A stretch of DNA of 64,000 bases from Octopus vulgaris (taxonomy: Eukaryota), in contig OX597819.1 in NCBI GenBank assembly GCA_951406725.2, forward strand, positions 97,278,001-97,342,000, in the 5' to 3' direction. Under the pieces are notes generated by a model, which saw nothing but the letters and a program-made list of their open reading frames with translations, ran no database searches and was not told where the DNA came from. The position numbers and the translations under genes were made by a program. Below are positions 1 to 12,025 of the stretch, one piece after another. The first letter of the stretch is position 1. Each line of letters starts with the position of its first letter.

Positions 1-215
1 ATTAACCGAGATTTTTCCAAGCAATTAATAGACAAAAATCCCACCAAGGGGTATTTAAAATCTGAAAAGAAGTAAGGGAGATAACTTCCACAAAATCAAT
101 TTATCAAAATTTTTGGACAATATAGACAAAGCAGATTAGAATAGATCTGATCTTTAAGCCAAATGGTGAAAGCAACAGACATGTTTTTCAACCTCGTCAA
201 CAAAGCATATTTTAC
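1..215 (-). mobile_element. Penelope-like pseudo-LTR remnant, inverted homologue of 5205-5410
   Basis: Reverse complement (ttgttgacgaggttgaaaaacatgtctgttgctttcaccattt...gttatctcccttactt) aligns by eye with 5218-5410, including a decayed hammerhead-like core. Confidence 0.55.
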
Positions 216-247
216 TCAGTTGGCAAGACTAAGAGTGATCAATATCA

Positions 248-283
<36 letters not shown>

Positions 284-510
284 AGTGATGTGATGCTGAA
301 CATCAACAATATGGATTAGGGAAAATACCTCAGAGGAGTGTTCTGTAGACTAAATACAAACACAACAAAATCTGCTGAAATTTTTCAACTCTCAATACTA
401 TATTATCTGAGACTGTACATCACCATTTGTATTCATAATTAATATTACAGAACACTCCCTTGAGGTATTTTCCCTAAGTCATATTGTTCATATTCAAAAC
501 CAGTGTTACT
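284..510. repeat. Fold-back inverted repeat
   Basis: aacaatatggattagggaaaatacctcagaggagtgttctgta (~305-347) is nearly the reverse complement of tacagaacactcccttgaggtattttccctaagtcatattgtt (~446-488). Confidence 0.85.
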
Positions 511-556
511 ACATACTCTCTCTCTCTTCACACACACACACATAAATATACATTCA

Positions 557-770
557 ACATCATTTAAATTCAACTTTTCCATGCTTGTGTACATTAGATA
601 AATTTATTGGGGCAGAATTTCTCTAGTTAGATGTACTTCCTGTTCCCAACCAGTCACCTATTTCCAAGCAAGGTAGTATTTCTCCATGGCCAGACTTATT
701 TTCCACAGAAAACTAGAAATATAGAATAACATCATTTGTATGATGAAGATGATGATGCACATTTACAACC
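557..770 (-). mobile_element. SINE body with RTE-type 3' tail
   Basis: Homologous to ~39075-39260, ~48440-48650 and ~50012-50170 (cttcctgttnccaac...cacctrtttccaagnaaggtaatatt); the minus-strand end resembles the RTE tail gcatggaaaa...ttaaatgatg. Confidence 0.6.
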
Positions 771-805
771 ATACATACATACATACATATATATATATAG
801 ATATA

Positions 806-1455
806 TCATCATTTAATGTCTGTTGTACATGCTGGCATGGATTGGACAATTTGATCAGAGCTGGCAAGAAGGGGAGCTGCACCAGACTCCAGTCTGATTT
901 AGCATTGTCTCTATGACAGGATGCCCTTCCTAATACCAACCACTTAACAGAGTGTGCTGGATGCTTTTACATGGCACCACACAGGCGTTTTTACCACCAG
1001 TGGGACCAGTCTTAACACTTCTGCTGCAGAGTGCGGGTCTTCTTGAGTACAGCAAGGTGACAGACATCTTGGTCCTTTTTCATCTCACCTGAAAGGTTTA
1101 GCATCCTGAGGTCATTCTTCAGTACTTCATCCTATGTCTTCCTGGGTCTCCCACTTCCACATGCTCCATCTACTTTGAGAGAGCAACATTTCTGTATGGA
1201 GCTGTTGGTATCCATCTGCATCACATGGCCAAACCAGTGTAGTCTTCTCTCTTGCATACAGCAACTGATTCCTCTTATGCCTAACTTCTCTCTCAAAGCA
1301 CAAGCACATTATCAAACACCTACACTTACATTACACATCCAGCGGAGCATACTAGCCTCATTCCTTTCTAGCCTTCGCATGTCCTCCGCATTCAGGGCCC
1401 ATGTCTCACTACCATGTAGAATTGCTGACCATATACATGCATCATACAATCTTCC
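806..1455 (-). mobile_element. RTE-clade LINE 3' fragment (decayed)
   Basis: Minus-strand translation with stops reads ...AILHGSETWALNAEDMRRLERNEASMLRWMC...LREKLGIRGISCCMQERRLHWFGHV...GRPRKT*DEVLKNDLRML, followed by a 3' UTR and (gat) tail matching the copy at 2898-4015. Confidence 0.9.
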
Positions 1456-2117
1456 TTATGACAGTGTATGAGTGTATGTATGTGGATATGTCATGGAAAG
1501 GCTCCAAAATAGTGCATCCTCAAGCAAAATGTATTTGATTTTCGAAATCTGTATGCCAATGACAAGGTTTTCGGTTATTAATCAAAAAATATAACTTGCT
1601 ATGAAAAATAACTAAACTTTTAGATCATCAAATCTACCATTCTCTATCTAGCTCTCTATATTTCCCCTCTCTCAATATATTTATCACAATCTCTCTCTCC
1701 TCTATATATATAATCTCTCTTGCATGCTGCTCTCCACTCTCTCTCTCCCTTGATATGACATGTAATTGCTTTCATACTGTATTTTACTTTCATTTTATGA
1801 TAGACAGCTATCATGCAGAAAATGTTAGCTTCCAAATCCTGTTTGCTGATTGAGTAAAAACTGATAAACTTAAACCTCTGTAACATTTTTCTAAAATTTT
1901 TATAAAATAAATAAATCACAAAATCAGATTCAGCACGAAAAAGTATATCAATATATTACATTTGAAAATTTTCTTTTAATTTTGAAATTTCAAAATCAAT
2001 GACAGCAACAGAAAAGATCTCTCTTTACCACACTTTCCCTCACTCTCTGCATATATATATCACAAATGGTGTATGTGCATGTGTATCAGTGACTGTGTAT
2101 GCATGTGTGTAAGGAAT

Positions 2118-2381
2118 TTCATTAAGGTGACATGAGTCAAAAGACTCTCACATAACAAAGGCAGCCAGCTAAGAAAGGTTTTTACATCTATGTACCAAAT
2201 AGAAAAACAAAAACTTAGTTTATCAATAAGTTATAAATTGTCCCAAATAATGCAGAGATCTGTTCGGATCAAGAAGCCTTTCTGTTGGAAAAGAAATGGT
2301 CTCGCAAGAAATTTAAAAAAAAATTTAAATACAGGCATTCTATTGCGAAAATTGCCCAGCAACGATGGGATACTCAGCTAG
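2118..2381 (+). mobile_element. Non-autonomous Helitron-like 3' end
   Basis: Subterminal hairpin gcccagcaacgatggg followed by CTAG|T at 2378-2382, the Helitron 3' signature; the 5' boundary is uncertain. Confidence 0.5.
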
Positions 2382-2469
2382 TGAATGTGCATGTATGTAT
2401 GCATATATATATATATATTTATACACACACAAACAGACACATATACATATATATTTATTTATACATATA

Positions 2470-2842
2470 TATATTTGTTGTGCAAGATTTTTTTATGTGA
2501 AGTCGTGTGTTGAAACAGATATTGTTAAATTTCGGAATGGTCATTTTGCCAGTTTAGCCAATAAAAACACACGCAGTATATATTCGGAGTTACTTTGCTT
2601 CAGTGTTATTTATTTTTTACATTAATCTTAATCTTATTTCAGCCAGAGTTCTTTCGTCACACTTCTGTGACCACATCAATGGTCCTTTGTTTTCTTCTTT
2701 CTTATTATGCAGTCATAAGAACTCTGGCCGAAATAAGATTAATGTAAAAAATAAATAACACTGAAGCAAAGTAACACCAAATATATAGTGCGTGTGTTTT
2801 TATTGGCTAAACTGGCAAAATGACCATTCCGAAATATAACAA

Positions 2843-2845
<3 letters not shown>
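2470..2845. mobile_element. Penelope-like inverted pseudo-LTR pair with decayed hammerhead core
   Basis: Arms 2519-2653 and 2717-2845 are near-perfect reverse complements. The minus strand of 2645-2685 reads cca-TTGATGTG-gtcac..gtgac-GAAA-gaactc-tgg. Same family as the elements at 14745 and 24190. Confidence 0.8.
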
Positions 2846-2897
<52 letters not shown>

Positions 2898-2899
<2 letters not shown>

Positions 2900-4015
2900 A
2901 GGTGCTACTTGACAGAGCGCTAGCACCTTGAGAGAAATGTTGTACCTAAGAAGCATCAGTTGTGGTGTGCAAGAGAGACGATTGCGCTGGTATGGTCATG
3001 TGGCGAGAATGGATGAAGATAGGTGTGTGAGAAAGTGCCAATCCCTAGCAGTTGAGGGAACCCGTGGAAGAGGTAGACCCAGGAAAACCTGGGACGAGGT
3101 GGTGAAGCACGACCTTCGAACTTTAGGCCTCACTGAGGAAATGACCAGAGACCGAGACCTTTGGAAATATTCTGTACGTGAGAAGACCAGGCAGGACAAG
3201 TGAGCCCAGCCCACTTATGAATGCCTTTCCTCCCTTGGACACAAAGACCGGTTGAGGCAAGCGAAGTCGATATAGAACCTCATCCGACAACAGACACCCA
3301 TGCCAACCCCCCATGCTTGCGAAGACATGTTGGGGCAAGCGAAATCGAAACCGAATTGAACCAGCCAGGATCCCTGGCCTGGTGGTACGTAAAAAGCACT
3401 ATCCGACTCGTGGCCGTGGCACGTAAAATACTCCAATGCGACCGTACGACAGGCACCGATGCCAACCCCCTTTGCTTGTGAAGACATGTTGGGGCAAGCG
3501 AAATCGAAATCGAATTGAACCAGCCAGGATCCCTGGTCTGGTGGTACGTAAAAAGCACTATCCGACTCGTGGCCGTGGCACGTAAAATACTCCAATGCGA
3601 CCGTACGACAGGCACCCTTGCCAACCCCCTTTGCTTGTGAAGACATGTTGGGGCAAGCGAAATCGAAATCGAATTGAACCAGCCAGGATCCCTGGTCTGG
3701 TGGTACGTAAAAAGCACTATCCGACTCGTGGCCGATGCCAGCACCGCCTCGACTGGCTTCCGTGCCGGTGGCACATAAAATACACCAATCTGACCGTGGC
3801 CGTTGCCAGCCCCGCCTGGCACCTGTGCAGGTGGCACATAAAAAGCACCCACTACACTCACGGAGTGGTTGGCGTTAGGAAGGGCATCCAGCTGTAGAAA
3901 CATTGCCAGTTTAGACTGGAGCCTGGTGCAGCCTTCTGGCTTCCCAGAACCCCGGTCGAACCGTCCAACCCATGCTAGCATGGAGAACGGACGTTAAACG
4001 ACGATGATGATGATG
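2898..4015 (+). mobile_element. 5'-truncated RTE LINE inserted in (TA)n
   Basis: ORF end RRLRWYGHVARMDEDRCVRKC...RGRGRPRKTWDEVVKHDLR...RDRDLWK (2928-3203) is the typical RTE C-terminus; GC-rich 3' UTR; tail acgttaaacgacgatgatgatgat; TA tracts on both sides. Confidence 0.95.
3296..3733 (+). repeat. 159-bp tandem repeat (~2.7 copies) within the RTE 3' UTR
   Basis: tgccaaccccc recurs at 3301, 3460 and 3619 with near-identical units. Confidence 0.9.
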
Positions 4016-4085
4016 ATATATATACACATATATATACATATATATTTATTTATACATACTTATTTATACATGCATACATATTCAT

Positions 4086-4131
<46 letters not shown>

Positions 4132-4200
4132 AATTATGCAGACAAACAAATTAAATATAACAGCTTGGATTTGATATACAATATACATATACATACATAT

Positions 4201-4249
<49 letters not shown>

Positions 4250-4254
4250 CAAAC

Positions 4255-4390
4255 AGAAAGAAAGCAAATACTGAAGATCTTCAGACAATGAATGTTTAAA
4301 TATAAATATAGAGATATTTACATATCAATAGATCAAACTTATTTATACTTAAATACTTGTCTGAAAACCTTCATTTTTAGCTTTCTTTCC
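4255..4390. repeat. Degenerate fold-back inverted repeat
   Basis: agaaagaaagcaaatactgaagatcttcagacaa pairs with ttgtctgaaaaccttcatttttagctttctttc, plus inner AT-rich pairing. Confidence 0.65.
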
Positions 4391-4471
4391 TTTCCTGAGC
4401 GTCCAATAACACTATACTTGTTCCACGTCCTCGCGCTGTTGTGTTTTCTCTTAGTGTTTTCATGTTTGGAT

Positions 4472-4526
<55 letters not shown>

Positions 4527-5204
4527 GTATATATGTATATATATAGTATATCAAACCCAAGTTGTCATATTTAATTTGTTTATCTACATAACTGCCTTTA
4601 TATCTGCTCACCTGAATTCCTTTTATAACTATTCTTTACCCCAAGGAATTTGTCCCTTGTAAAGACATCGGAAAGTTTGAATCATTTGAACATTTACTAA
4701 GTGTTTTCTATACCAAGAATCTCTGGATCTCATCTGTCCATTCTACAAATACACTCACAATGATGTTGTCGACCTGGGACTAAAATAGAAGACACTTACT
4801 TAAGGTGATGCACAGTGACACTGAATTTGAGACCACATGGTTGGGAAGCAAGCTTCTTAACTAGAAAGCCACTCTTTTATATATATATGTATATAAATAC
4901 TATTGGAACTTACACACAAGGTACAGGAAACTTATATGTATACCATCTGCTTAAATAATGGAACTGCAGATACAATATCCCTGCATATCTCACATCTGTT
5001 TTCTTCCTTCACTTCACTCTCTATTTCATATCTTCTCTAGAATAACTATTGCTTAACCGTTTTCTCGCACCATCCCCAATGAAGGGATATATAAAATATC
5101 ACAGAAACAGTTGTAAGACCTGCTCTTGGTAAATGTTCTGAAATCTTTCACAGGCTTGGATTTTTATCTCATTCTGTTAATTTATATATATATATGTCTT
5201 ACCA

Positions 5205-5410
5205 AGTGATTAGAAAGTTTTGCTGAGGAGGCCTGTAAGACTGAAACATGTCTGTTACTTTCATCATTTCTTTTAAAGACAAGATTCACTCCTGTCTATA
5301 TTGTATCTATCGTCCAAAAATTCAGATAATCTGATTTCAGAGTTATCTCCCTTACTTGCTGTTTTTAAATTTGAGGGAGTTATTACCTACTAATAGCTTA
5401 GATAATCTCA
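5205..5410 (+). mobile_element. Penelope-like pseudo-LTR remnant with hammerhead-like core
   Basis: CTGAGGA-ggcctgtaagact-GAAA-catGTC (5223-5252) with palindromic acatgt stem III; homologous to 1-215. Confidence 0.55.
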
Positions 5411-5554
5411 TCCTCCTGTCTCATGTGAGACCCAACCATATTTATTGAATAGTTTTAATGCTCAATTATACACAACATTTCCCTTACACATGCAACAAGT
5501 TACACTCAACTTTCTTTTCAATTGTGGCAGAATCTATACCTTAATTCTATTAAT

Positions 5555-5895
5555 TGTTTGTCATTTGACTGCGGCCATGCTGGAGCACTGCCTTTAGTCA
5601 AACAAATCGACTTCAGGACTCATTCAATGTAAGTCTAGTATTTATTATATTGGTGTCTTTTGCTGAACCACTAAGTTATGGGGATGTAAACACACCAACA
5701 TTTGTTGTCAAGTAAGTGGGGGGCAAACACAGACACACAAAGATATACACACACATATATATATGACAGGCTTCTATCAGTTTCCGCCTACCAAATCCAC
5801 TCACAAGGTCAGTCCAAGGCTGCAGTAGAAGACACTTGCCCAAGGTACCATGCAGTGGGACTGAACCCGGAATCATGTGGTTGGTAAACAAGCTA
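5555..5895 (-). mobile_element. tRNA-derived SINE (family A)
   Basis: Reverse complement aligns with the full-length copy at 57074-57450. Confidence 0.9.
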
Positions 5896-6524
5896 CATTA
5901 TTTCATAAAATTTGCCATGACGGCATTACAAAGAGGGGACGAACAAAGACAAACATAAAAAGGTGGAGTAGCTGCTAATCGATTAAAAAACAGTCTCGGA
6001 TGATAGGGGAATCATGAAACAATGAAACAATATAGTTTTTAAATTTTTTTTAAATTTTACGTTCATTGCGATTTGCAATGTATTCCTTAAAGGCATCCAG
6101 CCACCTGGGTAGAACCTTTACTTTTCATCTTGAATGCACTTACTTGGTGCCAATCGCACCCAACTTACTTTCCACAGGTTTCCTACTGCACCTATGTTCA
6201 TCATTTTTGTTTTGGATTTTTTTCCCCTTCATATAAACTCTTATAATCTTCCTCATTTAATATAAACATTTCACTACTACTGAGCAGATGCTACCATCGT
6301 CTGCTTTGCGACAGCTTTTTATTGTTCATATTTTATTTGTTTCAGTTACTGGACTGCATCCTAGTAATACTTTTTATTTATTTATTTATTTATTTATTTA
6401 TTTTTGTCTAGCACTTATTCTATCAGTCTCTTTTGCTGAACTGCTAAACTGTGGGGATATAAATAAACCAACAAGTTATTATTATGATTATTATTACTAG
6501 TATTATTATTATTATTATTATTAT

Positions 6525-6790
6525 GTACTGGTGTCATGCAATTTGGCACCCGTGCCAGTGGCATGTGAAAGCACCCTTGTGTCATGCAAATGGCATACGT
6601 GTTGGTGGCACATAAAAGCACCCATTACACTGTTGGAGTGGTTGGTGTTAGGAAGGGCATCCAGCCATAGAAAACCATGCTAAATCAGCCTGAAGTTTGG
6701 TACAGCCTTCCAGCATGCCAGCCCAGTCAAAACATCTTAACCATGCCAGCATTGACAATAGACGTTAAATGACGATGATTATGATTATTA
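6525..6790 (+). mobile_element. RTE LINE 3' UTR fragment
   Basis: gtggcacataaaagcaccc...ttaggaagggcatccagc...gacgttaaatgacgatgat matches 3830-4015. Confidence 0.85.
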
Positions 6791-6792
6791 TT

Positions 6793-7742
6793 AAGGTGGC
6801 AAGCTGGCAAAATAGTGAGCATGCTAGGAAAAATGCTTAGCAGCATTTCGTCCAACTTGACATTCTGAGTTCAGACTCTGCTGAGGTCAACTTTGCCTTT
6901 CATCTTTTCGGGGTCGATAAATTAAGAACCAGTGAAAAACTGCGATCAGTGAAACAGACTAGTCTCCCCTCCTCAAATTTCAGGACTTGTGACTATAGTA
7001 GAAAGTATCATTATTGTTATTTTTATTACTAAGGAAGTGTGCTGGCGGAATCATTAGCATACTGGGTAAAATACTTAGCAGCATTTTGTCCATGTTTATG
7101 TTAAGGTTCACTTTGCCTTTCATCCTTCTGGGGTCAGTAAAAAAAGTACCAGTTGATCACTGTAATCGATGTAATAACTTGCCCCTCCCCCAAAATTGCT
7201 GGCATTGTGTCAAAATTATTATCATTATTATTATTAATATTGTTATTAATTATTATTACTATCATCAAGGCAGTGGATTGGCAGAATTGTTAGATCAGTA
7301 TTTCTTCTGAGTCATTATGTTCTGAGTTCATATTCCACTGAGGTCAACTTCACCTTTCCTCCCTCCAAGGTCAATAAAATAAAGTACCAGTCAAGTACTG
7401 AGGTTGATGGTATCAACTAACCTTCTTTTGAAAATTGCTGGCCTTGTGCCAAAATTTAAACCATTATCATTAATATTGTTACAATCATCATCATCCTCAC
7501 CATCAACATCATCAAGAAGGCAGAGAATTGGCAGAATCATTAGAGCATTGGACAAAATACCTTATATTATTTTCTCTGGCTATTTACATTGTGAGTTCAA
7601 ATCTCATCATGGCCAACTTTGTCTTTGTCTTTTGAGGGTTGATAAAATGAAGAGCCAGTTAAGAACTAGGGTCAATGGTATCAACTAACACCCCCTGTTC
7701 AAAACTGCCACCCTTGTGCCAAAATTAGAAGCAATTATTATT
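6793..7742 (+). mobile_element. Head-to-tail array of four family-B tRNA-derived SINEs
   Basis: Units start near 6793, 7031, 7267 and 7517, sharing ggcagaat...ttctgagttcaaat...gaggtcaactttgcctttcatc...gtaccagt...ccttgtgccaaaatt, and are separated by (att/atc)n tails. Confidence 0.85.
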
Positions 7743-8272
7743 TAGAGTAATGTAGAAGATTGGTGGCTACAATTTACGCAGGTCATCCCAGACTGCTGAA
7801 GTAGATGTGGTTGATGTTTAGCTCCAACTTTTTCAGGTTGATGCCAGTTGGGAAAAATATACAGAACAAAAATGGTTCTCGAGATACAGTTCTGGGGTCA
7901 AAGGAGTGGCAGAGGGTTCAATACTGGTTCGTGTAGTTGAAATACACAAAGGATAATACAAAAAAGAGAGGTGGTTACTAATTAACAGAAGTATGAATTG
8001 TTACACCTAAATATAGTTATCTAGAAATATTCGAGGTACAAGTGACACTCAGTACATCAGTCGTTGACTGATTGGATAATGTCAGAATCGGCCAATCATT
8101 TATTTTATCTCAAAATTTGTGAAGAATAGCATTACTGATCATAAGTTTCCAAGAGGCTAATCACTAGTTTATCGCTTCTCTGATAACAACAGTGACAAGG
8201 GAAATGTTTTTATTCCTAAAGCACTGTTTCTATCCTTCACTAATATGCATCATTAAAGGAAATATGTGTGCA

Positions 8273-8307
<35 letters not shown>

Positions 8308-10249
8308 TGATCTTCCACACAATTTTTGTCTACAAAAATCCACTGTCAACTCAAGACTATGGCAGTAGACACCCAAGATCATATGCAGTATGATCAAACA
8401 TAGAACCATGTGGTTGTGAAACAAACTTCTCAATCACAGAGCCATGTCTACATCTATAAATTGGATAACTTTTTTTTATATACAATCTAAAATATTTGCC
8501 TGCATCTTTGTAGTTCCACATAGGTTATCAATAGTATCATGAGACCCATATTTATGATATGTGGATAGCCATCAACTGCTCAGACCTAAAGTAAAAAATA
8601 TCTTTTGGTTATATTACAACTGCATCATTACTATGAAAAATAATCCCACCTGTTTATTGCTACAGTAACTGGTATTGAACACTAGCTCTAGAAGTCTTGG
8701 AACTTATCAATTTAGTCATTTTACAAGGTTGTTCTTGGTTGTTGTAAGTGTTGTTCAGTGCCAACTCAGATCCCATCCAGCAAAGCTATAATCAAAGGAA
8801 TTCCAGCCATGACCATCTCATTTGCCCATTATTCCTAGCAGGTGGAGTAACATTACAGAAACTCCTTTGTTGGTTTATTCTCATATGCATGGCTGTAGTT
8901 AGCAAAAGGGTTCATGAATGAAACAAGAATATTCCAGTACTGAACAATATAATGGACTGTTCCAAGGACACTATCCCTAAGAACTCTAAAACTGTTTTTC
9001 ACTTTTCTTTGATGCAAAAAGAAAAATGGTGAAACATTAATGAGAAGATTAAGAAAGCCTGACCGAGTAGATTATCTGCATGATGAAAATATAACCATTT
9101 TAATATGATTGCAAAGATTAGACAGTATGACCATCGCCAATGTACACAACATACTGGCAGCATTAACTGAGATTACCAAAGAGATGTGATAAAACTGGTA
9201 CTACTGCCCAATTATATACACATACTGATAGAAATGTATTGAAATAGGAATACGCATACACATTTGGGCTGGCAATGACGTGAATGTGTAGCAATGTAAG
9301 TACATTGTGTAGGTGTATGTGAGCATTTATATATGAGTAGTGTGTGTGTGTGTCTGTATTTGAGTATTGTGTTTTGGCCTATGAATCAGAAAATATCCAA
9401 GTATGAATACATGTCTATAAAGATGAGTGACAGAATAAGTATGAATCAATTCATGTGTGTATATGTAAAGATGATTGTGCATATATGAATGTATATAGCA
9501 GAAAGAGAGAGAAAAATAAATGTGTATGATTGTATGTATGTGTGTATGTATGTTTAAAAATAACTGTATAATATTTCTAGTGTTCACAATATTTTAAGAA
9601 GCTTATCAGAAATCAATGTTGTTGCTTGTTAACCCCATTGGTGCAGTAGCACAGTAGTGACTGATTACTGGAAGTTAGTTTACCAGTTGGGGACATAATC
9701 TCTCAAAGACAAATCTCTGTAATCAATGTCAAAATAGATATGAAGATAATTTAACCAGCTTGCCACATAATCAATATCTAAAGACTGCAATATTAACAGT
9801 CATCATTTTTTTCCTACGTAGACATCATTACTCAGACTTATAGCAAGGGCAGGAAAAGAAAAGGGTGTTATGATGCTCATTACTTTACAGACTATTTTAA
9901 ATCCTAACAGGAAATTGAAAGAAGATTACAAATTCACCTTACTTAAGAACTGATAAAATGTAAGCCCTATGTCCAACTTACTTTTTTGTTGTTTTAACTA
10001 GGCAAATTGCTTTGTTCTACGATAACCTCAGCATCACATAGTATTTATTATATTGAATCTGAAGAGGTAATTGTCAATACCAACACCAATAGGATTTGAA
10101 CACAAAACACTGAGACAGAAAACTGGATAGTGTGAAAGCTGGTTATCTACAGTCTCTTCCATTGTTCACTACTGTTGTAATGAAACAGTAATTATAACTA
10201 ATCTGATTAATTACTACCAAACTTAAGCTATATTTATACACAGAAATTG

Positions 10250-10746
10250 TTGACTCTTTTGACAGCAATCCACCTGAAACCTCTAGTGGAGGCGCATGGC
10301 TTGCTTAGGGTGTTGGACTCATGTTCATAAGACTGTGGCTTTAGTTCCGAGACCAAGTGACACGTGTTCTTGGGCAAAACACTTCATTCATATTGCTCCA
10401 GTTCATTCAGCTGGCAAAAATAAGTAATTTTGCGATGGACCAGCATCCTGTCCAGGTGGAGAATTTACAAGCTATGTAAACTAGGAAACCAGCCCTTATG
10501 AGTCAGTATGACACAAGAAGATAACTTTTACCAGGTGGTTGGTTCTAAGTGACAGAACTGAATATTTAAATTGAATATTTAAATTGAATCCAAAATTTTA
10601 CACAAAGCCTTTTAGATATGTTCCAATTAACCTAATAACATAAAAATAAAAAGTTTACTTTACTAACCAAATTCTCAATTTTATTTTAATTAATCGAAAC
10701 ATATAAATAGTGCATTTTATGAGAAATGTGATCACAAAAAGGTTAA
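10250..10746 (+). mobile_element. piggyBac-like MITE remnant interrupted by a SINE (10287-10528)
   Basis: Ends ttgactcttt... / ...aaaggttaa; homologous inverted copy near 60080-60306. The internal SINE has a tRNA-like head (ggaggcgcatggctt...ttggactcatg) and an (aacttt)-like tail. Confidence 0.45.
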
Positions 10747-11584
10747 AGACAGCAACTACTACAATTCAATTTCTTGCATACTTTTAGGAAAAAGAAAATA
10801 AGATTGTGTGATGCCTAAGCTCCATTATTAACATTATTGCAATACTCATTATCTGGCTATTTTAAAAACTAAAGACATTTGAGAAGCAGTGATGGAGATG
10901 GTGGGGCATACAGTTGGTAAAGAAAGCTTTGTTCCTTCTAGAACAATCATTCACATTTAAAGTGTTAGACTAATTATCTAACATTTGTTAACAAACTTAT
11001 CAAAGTTGTAATGGCCGATTCTGAATATCACTGATTACAAGATATCCTATTAGTGATGTCACAAAAGGAACTTTACGCAGTATCTTTCACATTACATGTT
11101 ATTGCTCCTAACAAGTGTGGCGATAATATCTTGAACAATTGTTGTTTTGAAACAGATTAAACAGCAACCTGTATTTTCTAATAACTGGTACAGAAGTCTG
11201 TGAAAAAAAAAACCTTCCAACTGCTGCTAAATTTTATTTGAAGAAACATCGAAAGCAAAATATAACAGAAAATAATATTGTTATCATTTAATTAAACAGT
11301 AATAAGATTTCATCCCCATCACAATATTGGCATGAAAGTTTCCAAAAGAAACAATTGTAAAATATTTCTCATTGTAAACAACAGAAGCTGTCATTATTTT
11401 GATAAATGAAACCAGTTCTTTTTTTCTCTTTCTACATCATTTCTTCTAGATCTCTTCACAATAGAACAGTTCATGTCATCAAAATTGACTGGAATAATAC
11501 AATGGACTTTTCAACTTACATAATGAAAAAGTCAAACTGATTCCTAGAAATATGCGTTTAGGTGCATAGCAGAAGCTGTCACTA

Positions 11585-12025
11585 GGTAAAACTATCACTT
11601 CACCAACTAGACATACAACTGATGTTACACTAACCAGACATACAACTGATGCTACACCAACCAGACATACAACTGATGCTACACCAACCAGACATACAAC
11701 TATCACTACACTAGCCAGATGTACAACTTTCACTACACTAACCAGACATATAACTGGAGCAACACTAACCAGACATGCAATTGACACTACACTAACCAGA
11801 TGACTAATGCTACACTAACTAGACATCCAACTGATGCTGGACCAACCAGATATACAACTATCACTACACTAATCAGACATTTAGCTGTTACTAACCAACC
11901 AGATGTACAACTGTTATTATACTAACCAGATGTACAATTGTAACTACACTAACCAGATGTTTAGCTGTTACTACACTAACTAAATGTAAAAACATCATTA
12001 TACTAACCAGATATTTAACCCTTAC
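11585..12025. repeat. 27-bp minisatellite, ~16 diverged copies
   Basis: Unit acacyaaccagacatacaactgatgct; divergence increases towards the right end. Confidence 0.9.

Noticed and set aside
3296-3733. CRISPR-like periodic array
   Set aside because: Whole units are repeated with no unique spacers, in a eukaryotic LINE context; the same applies to the minisatellites at 11585, 30730 and 61290.
3215-3981. 143- and 233-aa minus-strand ORFs with internal repeats
   Set aside because: Antisense readings of the RTE 3' UTR tandem repeats.
5900-6330. Possible L1/Tx1-like fragment
   Set aside because: Too decayed to assign by eye; no diagnostic motif.
10990-11215. Minus-strand acceptor ttttttttttcacag as a coding exon start
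   Set aside because: All three frames hit stops and no clear donor was found.
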